Origin: a virus
Taxonomy: Duplodnaviria; Caudoviricetes
Length of the DNA stretch: 64,000 nt
Reading direction: 5' to 3' (one strand)
Virus record (IMG/VR): IMGVR_UViG_3300011336_000243
Location: 1 to 64,000 of that record
Positions 15,371-25,098 of the stretch are shown piece by piece (the first letter of the stretch is position 1; every line of letters starts with the position of its first letter). Below the pieces are notes generated by a model that had not been told where the DNA came from, ran no database searches, and worked only from the letters and a program-made list of their open reading frames with translations. The translations under genes and the position numbers were made by a program.

Positions 15371-16333
15371 ATGATTACTGAAATAGAAGTATTAGAGCGA
15401 GTCGATGAGTACTCGCTCTATTCTTTTTACTTAGGGTTTGAGTTCGTTATTAATGAAGGCTACTCTTCTCCAATTAGAGAAGGAGACGTCAACTCTTCAT
15501 TTGGAGTCTACAGAAGAAAGCTTAGAACTTCTTTTCATCTTACAGAGTTAATGTGGAAAGATGCAGCGTATAAAGGAAAGAACTTTGGAGACATTTTCGA
15601 CCTTGTACAAATCATCTTTACAGAAGTAACAAACAGAGATGAAGCTATTTATAAAGTAGCTGCAGATTCAGGACTTGTACCAGGTTTTGCTACGACACGT
15701 AGTATCCCCTTAAAACAAGTCAAAGAGAAAGACCCTTCTTATATTACTATACGTAGTAGACCTTTTAGTCTTAAAGATTTAGCTTATTGGCAAACATTTG
15801 GTGTTACTCTTCCTACTTTAGAAAGATACCAGTGTAAAGCAGTAGATTTTTATTGGCTTACGAAACAACAGAAAGTTCCTTTTAGAGGAATGCAGACTTA
15901 TTCTTATCAAGTAAAAGACAAGTACCAACTTTATACTCCTTATTCGGATAATAAAAAGTATAAGTTTACTACTGATTGGGATGAGAGTTGTGTCCCTGGT
16001 GCAATACAGTTAAAGAAATATAAGAAGTTAGTCATTACTAAAGCTTACAAGGATTTAATGACTATAGCAGAAGTACAAGATCAATTAGGTGTAGATGTTT
16101 TGGCAGTGAGAGGAGAGAACATAGTATTACCACAACACGTAATACAAAAATGTAGTGAAGTCTATGAAGAAGTGTTTACACTGTTTGACAATGATGATAA
16201 AACTTCAGCTCATAAGTATCCTTTCAAAGACAGAATCATTCCTAAGATTACAGGACAAAAAGATCCTTCTGATTATAGAAAAGCTTTTGGTCCAGATGCT
16301 TTTATTCACCTACTTAATAAACTTTTATGCTAA
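15371..16333 (+). CDS. DNA primase (TOPRIM, crAss-type)
   Basis: N-terminal SPIREGD...SF domain; LVITKAYKD; FDNDD; KDPSDY. Confidence 0.85.
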   Translation: MITEIEVLERVDEYSLYSFYLGFEFVINEGYSSPIREGDVNSSFGVYRRKLRTSFHLTELMWKDAAYKGKNFGDIFDLVQIIFTEVTNRDEAIYKVAADSGLVPGFATTRSIPLKQVKEKDPSYITIRSRPFSLKDLAYWQTFGVTLPTLERYQCKAVDFYWLTKQQKVPFRGMQTYSYQVKDKYQLYTPYSDNKKYKFTTDWDESCVPGAIQLKKYKKLVITKAYKDLMTIAEVQDQLGVDVLAVRGENIVLPQHVIQKCSEVYEEVFTLFDNDDKTSAHKYPFKDRIIPKITGQKDPSDYRKAFGPDAFIHLLNKLLC

Positions 16334-16554
16334 CAGAAAAAGAATTAGAGCAACTCTATTTATACAAGATAGTAGAGTACCCATTTACTCCTTATAAACA
16401 GGAGCCACGTTTAGAGTATGCACGTGTAGAAGTATTGTCGGTAGACACTGCAACTAAAAGCACACCACAGGTAATAATACAAACGTCTCTAAAACATAGA
16501 GTACAGTTTGAGTACAATGAATTTATAAACGAAGTCACTATATGGCCATCTTAA
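16327..16554 (+). CDS. Hypothetical protein (75 aa)
   Basis: Overlaps both neighbours. Confidence 0.65.
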   Translation: MLTEKELEQLYLYKIVEYPFTPYKQEPRLEYARVEVLSVDTATKSTPQVIIQTSLKHRVQFEYNEFINEVTIWPS

Positions 16555-19076
16555 ACCAATCGGCAAACTCCATAGAAGGAGGAATGAAAAAGCAGATAGA
16601 TGCAGGGTCTTTCGACCTAATGCTAGACGTACTGCAAAAGTTTCAGTACAAGCATCCTATTTCATCTACTATCAGAGAATTACTCTGCAATGGTATAGAT
16701 AGTGTGACTGAAAGAGAAGAAGCAAAGTTAATATTATCTAACAAAGCTAAGGTAGAAGATTTCTACGAACAAAGAGAAGGTGACTTATACGCAGACAGTA
16801 AGTTTAATCCAGAGTATTACAACTTAGACCACTTATCTACAGACTCTACAATTTACATAGAATACTACGTAGGAGAAGGAGTAGAGAAAGATAAAATAGT
16901 TATTACAGACTATGGTGTTGGACTAGGTGGAAGAAGACTAGAGAAGTATTTTCAACTAGGTAGTTCTACTAAGAGATTAAGTAAGAAGCCTATTGGTAAG
17001 TTTGGACTTGGTAATAAGAGTCCGCTTTCAGTGGGCCCTTTTTATACTATAGAAAGTTGTTACAACGGATACTTATTTAAGTTTAATGTCTATTCATCTA
17101 AAGTAGAGTCTTGCATTCCTAAGTTTGATTTAGAAAACAACGTAGAGAATAAAGAGTTTCAGTTCTCTGACGGTTCTATTTACTACGCTAATAAGACACA
17201 CAAGAAAAATGGCTTGACTATTACTATAGAAGCTAAGAAACATCACAAAGAACAGTACATTCAGGCTATCCAGTCTCAAATGACTTACTTTGACTGTATT
17301 AAACTACGTGTGATAGAAAGAGATAATGTGCAGTCTATCAGTGTAGGTTCTAAAGTCTTGTTTGAGAATGAGAAGTTGATTATTAGTGATAATAACTTCT
17401 ACTCTAAACCGCATGTTGTTATCAACAAAGTAAACTATGGCTACATCAACTTTGAGGAGTTAGAGCTAGTTCCTTTGTATGGCAATATAGGTATTAAAGT
17501 GAACGCAGAAGAAGTAGAAACTACTCCTTCACGTGAAGAATTAATCTGGAGTGACACTACCAAAGAAACAGTCTTACAAAGATTTAAAGACTGTAAAGAC
17601 ATAGCTACTTCTATCTTAAATGAAGAGTTAAAAGAAGAAGACTTTGTAAAATGGTTGAGACTTTGTAAAAGTATTTCATCTTCTTATAACAGTTCTAATC
17701 CAACTCTTACTAGACTTGCTAATATAGTAAGTTTAAAAGAGATTGAGTTTAGTTATAAGAATATGTTTACTTACTCTTTTGGTTGGCATACGTATTCAGG
17801 ATTAAGAGAAGTATCTCGTAACACGTACACTAAAAAGAATAAAGTAGTTGATCAGATAGTAAGAGAAACTAGTGATAAAGTTCACTTGCCTATCTACTAT
17901 ACAGAAGGAAACGCTAGTAATAGAAAAGACAGGTATCTTGTATTTTGTCACGATGGGCCCTTTATTTTGCTTCAGCCTAATCTAGAACAGAAGTATCCAG
18001 AGACTATGGAGCCACACATTAAAGACAAGCATGAAGAGCAAAAAGCTTTACTTACGCAACTATTTTTGCAGAGTAAAGAAGTGATAATGTATGATGATAT
18101 AGTTGTGCCTGAAGATTTTAATGGTTCAGACTTAGACACTGTAGAGGAAGAAGAAGATGAAGAACAAAGAGCAGAAAGTAGTATGTCTAATGAAGAGCGT
18201 AGAAAGTTACAAGGTAAAGTAATAGTAAATACTCCTAGAATACAAGTTAATGGTTTTTATACGTATCAGAAAATGGAGATTCCAGTAAAAGATATAGACA
18301 AGTGGGATGATGAAGAGATTTACTATGGTTCTGATAAAGATAAACCTCTTATAGAGTTGGCTGCTTTACTAACTAGGGAAGCACCTGATTACTGGACACA
18401 AGGTACTCTTGCAGACTCAACAGGACATGTCTACGATGTTTGGGAATATTACAGAAAGTATTGTCATCACTTCTTCTGTGGTAACCAAGTAAAACTTATT
18501 AAAGTAGCTGAACCTACTACTAAACTTTACAAGGATTTCTCTCACATTACGAAATTCTTTTACACGTTCAAAAAAGGCAAAATAAGCATGAGTAACAAAC
18601 TAATAAAGTGGAATACAGCCAGAAAGATTAAAGAGAAAATACAAGAACTTACCTTCTTGAAAAACTTTGAAATAGCTCCAGAGAAGCAAGCAAGTTACGT
18701 AAAGTTTACTAACTACGTAAGGGAGAATTATAGAGATGTGGAGTTCTTTGGTAAGACAAGTGCGGAAGTTTCTAGTGGTTATAATTCGATGATTTCTCAC
18801 GTAGATAAGGTCGAAAGTTTTCAAACTTTTGTAACTAATGGTGCTACAAATGAAGCTATTGCTGAGGTTGCTAAACAACTATTCGGTACGGATTCGGTAA
18901 CCGAAGCTTGCGTAATTGACTACGAGTTGTATAAAGAGTTCTTAGAGTTAATCGAGTGGAGTTCTTCTATCTCTTTGTTTCTAAACAATATGTATGCACT
19001 AACAAGAGATAGCGGACTTTCACCAGAATTTGAAGCAGAACTTCGTTGGTATTGTTCACAAAAAGGAGTAATTTAA
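16542..19076 (+). CDS. rIIA: rIIA-like protein (N-terminal GHKL ATPase)
   Basis: IRELLCNGIDS; ITDYGVGL; IGKFGLGNKSPL; followed by an rIIB-like gene. Confidence 0.85.
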   Translation: MAILNQSANSIEGGMKKQIDAGSFDLMLDVLQKFQYKHPISSTIRELLCNGIDSVTEREEAKLILSNKAKVEDFYEQREGDLYADSKFNPEYYNLDHLSTDSTIYIEYYVGEGVEKDKIVITDYGVGLGGRRLEKYFQLGSSTKRLSKKPIGKFGLGNKSPLSVGPFYTIESCYNGYLFKFNVYSSKVESCIPKFDLENNVENKEFQFSDGSIYYANKTHKKNGLTITIEAKKHHKEQYIQAIQSQMTYFDCIKLRVIERDNVQSISVGSKVLFENEKLIISDNNFYSKPHVVINKVNYGYINFEELELVPLYGNIGIKVNAEEVETTPSREELIWSDTTKETVLQRFKDCKDIATSILNEELKEEDFVKWLRLCKSISSSYNSSNPTLTRLANIVSLKEIEFSYKNMFTYSFGWHTYSGLREVSRNTYTKKNKVVDQIVRETSDKVHLPIYYTEGNASNRKDRYLVFCHDGPFILLQPNLEQKYPETMEPHIKDKHEEQKALLTQLFLQSKEVIMYDDIVVPEDFNGSDLDTVEEEEDEEQRAESSMSNEERRKLQGKVIVNTPRIQVNGFYTYQKMEIPVKDIDKWDDEEIYYGSDKDKPLIELAALLTREAPDYWTQGTLADSTGHVYDVWEYYRKYCHHFFCGNQVKLIKVAEPTTKLYKDFSHITKFFYTFKKGKISMSNKLIKWNTARKIKEKIQELTFLKNFEIAPEKQASYVKFTNYVRENYRDVEFFGKTSAEVSSGYNSMISHVDKVESFQTFVTNGATNEAIAEVAKQLFGTDSVTEACVIDYELYKEFLELIEWSSSISLFLNNMYALTRDSGLSPEFEAELRWYCSQKGVI

Positions 19077-19095
19077 CAGTCTAAAATAATACAGT

Positions 19096-20250
19096 ATGAT
19101 TACAGTAAACAGACTTGACGACCAGATAATAGGTTTCGTCAATGGAGAACAGTTCTCCGTAACTTTTACAGAAGAAAAGTATTCTTCTATGAAAGAATTA
19201 GAAAATGCTGCTAGTAAGGCAGCAACAATGGAAGACTTAAAGCTAATAGTAGCTGAGTTTAAACCATTACTAGAAGAAAGCTACAAAGAACTTGTAGAAA
19301 CTGCTAGTCCGTACATTCACGTAAATAAGGATACAAACACTTTCTATTTGAAGTGGAATGATCGTATTCTTAAGTCTATGCCATTACCTACTAGTTTTGC
19401 AACTAAGTTAGTGGAAGTAGTAGAGAAAGGAATAGATACACTTCCTTTAATTAAGTGTTGGGTACGTTATCTTCGTCCATCAGAAGGAAGACCAGAGTAT
19501 ACTCTTCAAAGAGGTGAATCTTTTGCGTGGTTTATTAATGCTCCTTATGTTAATAGAGCTAAGGTTACAGAGTTAATGACTAAGCATGGTTTATCTGAGG
19601 AGTCTGCTATTAAAAGAGCTACAACTAATCAAGTTGCTATTACGCAAGAAGGTTTAATCGTAGGATATAAAGTTTCCGAAGAAGTGACAGACAAGTTTAT
19701 TTTAGATGCAGATGGTAACAAGAAAACGGTAAGTCGTTATACTCCTGAAGTAGATGAAGATACTGGTGTTATTACTTATAACAAACCAGAGTTTGTAGAA
19801 GATTTAGTTTTTAAACCTGCTATCATGGGCGATGGTGGTGATGCATTCTATTGTGGTGATAAACTAGGTCATCGTATTCGCGTAGGTGAAAGACACTATT
19901 TACCTAAGTGGAGTCAAGTAGGTGCGCCTATGGGCCCTGGTCTTCACTTTGGCGGTCTTTCTTACATTAAGAACTATCAACACGAAGGAACAGTTACACA
20001 TAATATCTTTGTTGATCCTGCTGACATTCACAGTGTTAGTATGCAAGGAGATGGTGCAGTAACTTGTAAAAGTTACTTTGTTCACTCTTCTTTTGCAGGC
20101 GTAAACAAGTATATCTATCATTCTTCTACGTATAGTCAGTTGAAAGATGCAGAGTTTCAACAAGAGCTTCAAGCACTCCTTCAAGCACAAGACGAGAAGA
20201 CAGCAGAGATCCAAGAAGTGAAAGAAGATTTCACTACGTTAAATTCTTAA
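19096..20250 (+). CDS. rIIB: rIIB-like protein
   Basis: IVGYKV; GLHFGGLSYIKNY; IFVDPADIHSV; directly downstream of rIIA. Confidence 0.8.
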   Translation: MITVNRLDDQIIGFVNGEQFSVTFTEEKYSSMKELENAASKAATMEDLKLIVAEFKPLLEESYKELVETASPYIHVNKDTNTFYLKWNDRILKSMPLPTSFATKLVEVVEKGIDTLPLIKCWVRYLRPSEGRPEYTLQRGESFAWFINAPYVNRAKVTELMTKHGLSEESAIKRATTNQVAITQEGLIVGYKVSEEVTDKFILDADGNKKTVSRYTPEVDEDTGVITYNKPEFVEDLVFKPAIMGDGGDAFYCGDKLGHRIRVGERHYLPKWSQVGAPMGPGLHFGGLSYIKNYQHEGTVTHNIFVDPADIHSVSMQGDGAVTCKSYFVHSSFAGVNKYIYHSSTYSQLKDAEFQQELQALLQAQDEKTAEIQEVKEDFTTLNS

Positions 20251-20257
20251 ACATTAA

Positions 20258-20293
20258 AAAAGGTAGGAGAGTATCAAAACTTTCCTACCTTTA
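20258..20293 (+). terminator. Intrinsic terminator
   Basis: AAAGGTAGGAGAG-TATCAAAA-CTTTCCTACCTTT. Confidence 0.7.
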
Positions 20294-20298
20294 TTCTT

Positions 20299-20742
20299 AT
20301 GAACGGAAAAAGAAATAGAACAGCAGGGCATGTATGGGAAAGAGAATGTGCTAAAAACCTTAGGGTTATAGGCTATGAGCACGTAGTTACATCAAGAAGT
20401 GAGAGTAAAAGAAGAGATGATTCAGGTGTAGACTTAATGAACAAAGACGAGTTTATCAATGGAAGACTACCATGGAATTTCCAGTGTAAGTCTACTATTA
20501 CTTTAAACTATCTTAAAGTTTTAGAAGCTATGCCTAAAGACTCTCAGATTAATGTAATACTTCATAGACAGTCTAAACGTGCAGGAACAGTAATACGTAC
20601 TGAAGCAGAGTATGCTGTCTTAGATGTAAAGCATGCACCTCAATTCTATAACTACGTAGTAATAGAAAAGAAGAACGGAGCAGTTCTACAAATAGAGTTA
20701 AAAGAATTTTACAACCAAATCAAACAAGATGCAAAGAATTAG
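20299..20742 (+). CDS. PD-(D/E)XK nuclease, Holliday junction resolvase-like
   Basis: NRTAGHVWERECAK...GVDL...FQCK. Confidence 0.75.
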   Translation: MNGKRNRTAGHVWERECAKNLRVIGYEHVVTSRSESKRRDDSGVDLMNKDEFINGRLPWNFQCKSTITLNYLKVLEAMPKDSQINVILHRQSKRAGTVIRTEAEYAVLDVKHAPQFYNYVVIEKKNGAVLQIELKEFYNQIKQDAKN

Positions 20743-21502
20743 CGTAATAGATGCGGACTCTATGGTCTGGATAATAGGCTGGGCAGTAAAAGATAATAAG
20801 AAAGATGACTTTGGTATAAAAGAAGTGGTGCAGGTAAAGTGTGACAGTCTTTTAAAATCTATTCTTAGTACTACTAACTCCACTGGTTACATAGGTGTAT
20901 TCAGTGAAGGAAAGTCCAGTCGTTATACAGACTATAAGATGGCGCCTTATAAAGGCAAGAGACCAGAAAAACCAGAGTGGATGGTAGAGTGGGAAAGTTT
21001 TATTATAGATTTCTTAAAAGAGTCTTATGGTTTCTTTAGTATACCTGACTACGAAGCAGATGATATAGTAGCTATGATAGCTAAATTTCCTAAAGAAGAA
21101 ACTGAAGTAGTTATCTGCAGTCCTGATAAGGACATGAAACAAATACCAGGACTTCACTATGATTATAAGAACTCCAACTTTACAGAAGTAGACGTAGTAA
21201 ATGCTACGTTGATGAGTAAGTTTCTTATACTTTGTGGTGACTCTGCAGACAACATACTAGGCATACCTGGGACAGGAGAAGTAAAAGCTAAGAAACTGTT
21301 GCAAGAATGTACACATGATACTGAAGTATTATGTCCATGTGTACAGACTGCATACCAAAAACACTTTGGTCCATACTACGGAGAAGTTATCTTAAAAGAG
21401 ACTTATAATGCTGTCAACTTTATAGATTACGAAGATAAAAACTCCTTATGGAAAATACAGACATTAAACAAAAACGACTTGGAAACAGATCTGTTTTATT
21501 AA
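20729..21502 (+). CDS. 5'-3' exonuclease / RNase H (T5 D15/T7 gp6-like)
   Basis: IDADS; YKGKR; YEADDIV; SPDKDMKQIPG; GDSADNILGIPGTGEVKAKKLL. Confidence 0.92.
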   Translation: MQRISVIDADSMVWIIGWAVKDNKKDDFGIKEVVQVKCDSLLKSILSTTNSTGYIGVFSEGKSSRYTDYKMAPYKGKRPEKPEWMVEWESFIIDFLKESYGFFSIPDYEADDIVAMIAKFPKEETEVVICSPDKDMKQIPGLHYDYKNSNFTEVDVVNATLMSKFLILCGDSADNILGIPGTGEVKAKKLLQECTHDTEVLCPCVQTAYQKHFGPYYGEVILKETYNAVNFIDYEDKNSLWKIQTLNKNDLETDLFY

Positions 21503-22059
21503 CAGCTATGAGAGAACATCCTACAATTACAGCCATTAGAAAAGTATTAGATACGTACAACTTAAGTACCTATTTTCTACTTCCTTTAGCAGGTATGAAT
21601 ATGACTACTTTCGGAGGAGATACTAATTATCTCAACTGTTTCTTAGGCTCATCGGGTGAGCTTATAGTAGAAGTGCAGAATGTGGAATGGTGTCCTGAGA
21701 TTACACGTTCTTTAATTAACTGGGAAAATGACAAAGGTACTTACTACATACACGTAGATATTCCTGAGCATTTCCTAGAAGAGTATGAACTCTATAAAGA
21801 AGGTAGGTATTCAGAGTTTAGTCAGAAGGCTAAAGACATTATTTACACTCACAGTGGTTTACTGTGGAAAGGAAAAATTGGGGGGAAGAAAGTATCAGAC
21901 GTATCATTGTCAGACTATATTCTTCTTGCTTTTAACAAGTCTAAAGAAGCTAAGAAGTACTTAGAAGATATGATTTATGAGACTTGTTATGAAAGTAAAA
22001 TTACAGAAGATATGGAGTTATTATCCAAACCTACAGAGAAAGACTACATAGTCGTTTAA
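21448..22059 (+). CDS. Hypothetical protein (203 aa)
   Basis: Last + strand ORF before the convergent terminator. Confidence 0.75.
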   Translation: MENTDIKQKRLGNRSVLLTAMREHPTITAIRKVLDTYNLSTYFLLPLAGMNMTTFGGDTNYLNCFLGSSGELIVEVQNVEWCPEITRSLINWENDKGTYYIHVDIPEHFLEEYELYKEGRYSEFSQKAKDIIYTHSGLLWKGKIGGKKVSDVSLSDYILLAFNKSKEAKKYLEDMIYETCYESKITEDMELLSKPTEKDYIVV

Positions 22060-22062
22060 TAG

Positions 22063-22098
22063 AAAAAGCCACAGCAGAAATGTTGTGGCTTTTTTTTT
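22063..22098. terminator. Bidirectional intrinsic terminator between the converging arms
   Basis: AAAAAGCCACAGCA-GAAA-TGTTGTGGCTTTTTTTTT. Confidence 0.9.
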
Positions 22099-22112
22099 AG
22101 AATTTGCGTCTA

Positions 22113-22460
22113 CTAGCTTTGATCTGCTTCAATCGGATCTTCTGGTAACGTAGGTAATACTATAGTGTCTGTTGTAGGGATTTCAATAGTCTCTCCTTCA
22201 GTTACACCCATTTCTTCTAAGACAGGATTAGTGGTTAAATCTTCTTCTGTTACTACGTGTTCGTAGTGACCACCAGCTGCTTCAATTTGAGGTGCTATTA
22301 AGTCTTCAATCTCTTTAGTTACTTCTTCTTGAGTCTTTCTTGAAGTGTTAGGATTGTACACTGCTGCATAAGCATCACTATAAGTTTGTTCCCAGTGAAG
22401 GCCTACTGATTCTGCTTGTTCTTGTAACCAAGCTAGTTCTTGTTTAATTTCTTGATACAT
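22113..22460 (-). CDS. Acidic hypothetical protein
   Basis: 115-aa ORF with HVVTEEDLTTNPVLEEMGVTEGETIEIP segment. Confidence 0.75.
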   Translation of the reverse strand: MYQEIKQELAWLQEQAESVGLHWEQTYSDAYAAVYNPNTSRKTQEEVTKEIEDLIAPQIEAAGGHYEHVVTEEDLTTNPVLEEMGVTEGETIEIPTTDTIVLPTLPEDPIEADQS

Positions 22461-22486
22461 GTTTCTAAATTTAGGAGTTAAAGGTA

Positions 22487-22759
22487 CTAATAAAAACTTT
22501 CTTCCTCAACTTTTTTCCATTTTCCTTTAGGACATTCTTCTTTTTTATTAGTAGTCTTTGCTGCCAAAGGACAACCACAGACTTCACACTTAAAAACATT
22601 TCCTTGTTGGTTGACGGTAGTTACTACTAGTTTACCTAATGTAGTCAGTTGCTGCTTAAAAGGACAAGTGTCACATATAGCTAATCTTTCTTTTACTAGT
22701 TCTTTGTTAGAAGACGTAGCGTAGTTAAACCAACCTTGTGCTATATTTACTAAGTCCAT
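22487..22759 (-). CDS. Cys-rich zinc-binding small protein
   Basis: RLAICDTC...CEVCGCPL..K....ECPKGKW. Confidence 0.8.
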   Translation of the reverse strand: MDLVNIAQGWFNYATSSNKELVKERLAICDTCPFKQQLTTLGKLVVTTVNQQGNVFKCEVCGCPLAAKTTNKKEECPKGKWKKVEEESFY

Positions 22760-24000
22760 TATACTTGACGAATTACTCTACCACCAGGAAGAATATGTTT
22801 TTTAACTACTAAAGAAACATCACACCAAAGTTGTGCACTGACACTTAAATCTAAACTTTCAATTTCACGAGCATTACCTTTTAAAGTTTCTTTAATATCA
22901 CTCATATTAGTAATAGCTACAGAACGTCCGTTAAGATAAAACAAAGTAGAAGTATTAATATCTTGTGTAACTGAAGTTTTCCCAACTATATAAGGAAGTC
23001 CAGAAGCAGGATTTACTCCACTAGCAACTGAAACAAAAAATAAACTAGCTCCACCTATAGTAATATCTACACTTCTTAATGCTGGTAGTGCTACTGTGTT
23101 CTTTATTGTTATCATAACTTCTATATCTAAATGCACAAGTCCTCCTTCTATATTAGCATCATCTGGATAAAGAGGAGTAAATGGTAAAGTTATAGTAGCA
23201 GTTTCTAAAGTACCACCTGCATTACTATATTCTCTAGGTTCTATAAAGTATACTTCTGTTTGATTCACGTTACCCGCAGGAAGAGCAATAGACTCTGCAG
23301 CTATTACCTTACCTACTCTATTAACTTCTATCTTAGGAAACGTAGTAAGTGAACCGTATGTTCCTGCCAAGTCGTTAATAACTGTATTAGCTACTACTAT
23401 TTTAGCAGGTTCTGTAAGTGTAGCCGCTACTGGTGTAACAGTTACATCTCCAGTAGCAGGAACCAATTGTGTAGGTTTAACACTAACTATTCCACCTGGC
23501 GCTATTGCTCCACCTGTGTTTACTACTACAGGAAGTACAGGTATACCTGTAGGTAATACAACAGATGGATCTCCTGATAATACAAAAGGTCTTTCTGGTG
23601 TAACTCCAGTAACTCCAGTAACATGTCCTTGTGCATTCACAGTAATCTGAGGTATTACACTTGCACTTCCATAAGTACCTGCAGTAACTCCAGAGTTAGA
23701 GTGTCCTATGACGTGTGTACTATTGTTGATAGTAATTTGCTGTGCAGGAGTATAGAAGTTATTGTACAGTATTTGTAAAACATCTGAGGACGTAATTAAC
23801 GTAGTTCCTCCTAGTAAATCTTGTAGTGTTATGTTTACATCTCCAGTTTGTCCATTTACTGATGATACACTACAACAGTCAGTATCATTTTGTAAAGGGT
23901 TATAGATGTCCATAGAAGAAGGACAGCCACAAGGACTTCCACTCATTGATAAATCGAGGCTATCTCCTAGGATACCTCCACATGTAGTACAGTTACTCAT
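22759..24000 (-). CDS. Fibre-like virion protein
   Basis: SVSSVNGQTGDV fibre motif; two AGTYGS..P.I.VN..G.V repeats; beta-rich C-terminal domain. Confidence 0.6.
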   Translation of the reverse strand: MSNCTTCGGILGDSLDLSMSGSPCGCPSSMDIYNPLQNDTDCCSVSSVNGQTGDVNITLQDLLGGTTLITSSDVLQILYNNFYTPAQQITINNSTHVIGHSNSGVTAGTYGSASVIPQITVNAQGHVTGVTGVTPERPFVLSGDPSVVLPTGIPVLPVVVNTGGAIAPGGIVSVKPTQLVPATGDVTVTPVAATLTEPAKIVVANTVINDLAGTYGSLTTFPKIEVNRVGKVIAAESIALPAGNVNQTEVYFIEPREYSNAGGTLETATITLPFTPLYPDDANIEGGLVHLDIEVMITIKNTVALPALRSVDITIGGASLFFVSVASGVNPASGLPYIVGKTSVTQDINTSTLFYLNGRSVAITNMSDIKETLKGNAREIESLDLSVSAQLWCDVSLVVKKHILPGGRVIRQV

Positions 24001-24268
24001 TACAGCAGTTGGTGTTTATACGTTCTAATTTAAGGGTTATAGCATTCAGTTGAGCAGGACTAAGCAAAGACTCTCCATCTACTTCATGGTTGTCTAGTGC
24101 GTAAGAGTAAAGGAAGATGCAGTAAGGATTTACTACGTCTCCGCATTTACTAGAAATAAGAAAAAGCTTTTTAATGTAGTCACTAATGATAGAGTCTACT
24201 ACTAGTTCTTTGGCTACGCTTTTAGCTTTGCATATTTCTTCTGGTAAAGTAGTGATTGCGTAACTCAT
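23993..24268 (-). CDS. Hypothetical Cys-containing protein (start revised to 24268)
   Basis: TAATG coupling with the upstream gene; ends NCCNE. Confidence 0.7.
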   Translation of the reverse strand: MSYAITTLPEEICKAKSVAKELVVDSIISDYIKKLFLISSKCGDVVNPYCIFLYSYALDNHEVDGESLLSPAQLNAITLKLERINTNCCNE

Positions 24269-25047
24269 TAGCAAGAAGAACAGTTAGGTGTTGAAGAAAT
24301 ATTTTTAGAAAGAAGTGCAGTAGCCTGTGCTGCTTTTTGGTAGTTTCCGCAGTTAAAAGCTACTGTAGCAGCAGTCTTTAAAAGAAGTTTACCCATAATA
24401 GCTTTTGCAGTAGGCATGTCACAACTAATCCCATCTAAAGCTTCAGTAAGACTCATTTCTCCTATCTGCTTTACTAAGTCATTACCAGCTTCGTTTGTAA
24501 TTAGTACAAACTTTTGTGCTTTGTATACAGTGTAAAGATTAGTAGAGTTTGCAGGAGGAGTAGAAGTTAATAAGATAGTATCTGGAGCAGAAACTTCTAA
24601 TCCTTTGATTACATTAATAGCAGTAGGATCAATACTTTGTGGAGTAGTTGTAGTTATTAAACCATACGCACCACTCATCCATCCATTAACTATAGTACCT
24701 ACACCAGCTCCAGTTAAAGTCATAGTGTTCCCACTGACCGTAAAAGTTCCTGAATAAGGCATTAGAAAATACTCTGTAAACAAGTGAATACCGTCTTGTA
24801 GTGCAAACGTAGTTACTACACTATTTGCGTTTACAGCTGTTGCTGGAGTATAAATTATCTTTTCTACCTCTGTACTTCCGTACATTTGGTGGTATAAAGA
24901 TTTAGTCCATGCTTGGTTGTAAGGAGGAGTATTCCCTGGTTGGTTGTAACCAGTTGGGTCAGTAGGCCAAGCCCCTGTAACTTCTGCAATTGTCCATTGA
25001 GTAGCTAAGGTATTAATGTTCTGGATGGCTATTTTAGGTGTAAACAT
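24268..25047 (-). CDS. Putative structural protein (259 aa)
   Basis: Thr/Gly-rich beta region; ends NCSSC; own promoter. Confidence 0.7.
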   Translation of the reverse strand: MFTPKIAIQNINTLATQWTIAEVTGAWPTDPTGYNQPGNTPPYNQAWTKSLYHQMYGSTEVEKIIYTPATAVNANSVVTTFALQDGIHLFTEYFLMPYSGTFTVSGNTMTLTGAGVGTIVNGWMSGAYGLITTTTPQSIDPTAINVIKGLEVSAPDTILLTSTPPANSTNLYTVYKAQKFVLITNEAGNDLVKQIGEMSLTEALDGISCDMPTAKAIMGKLLLKTAATVAFNCGNYQKAAQATALLSKNISSTPNCSSC

Positions 25048-25051
25048 AAGG

Positions 25052-25059
25052 CAAATTTA
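25052..25059 (-). promoter_or_regulatory. Bacteroidota -7 element TAAATTTG
   Basis: TAnnTTTG 4 nt upstream of the ATG at 25047. Confidence 0.6.
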
Positions 25060-25098
25060 AGCTGTTTTTAAGTAAGTTTATAATTTTTCTGTGTCAAG

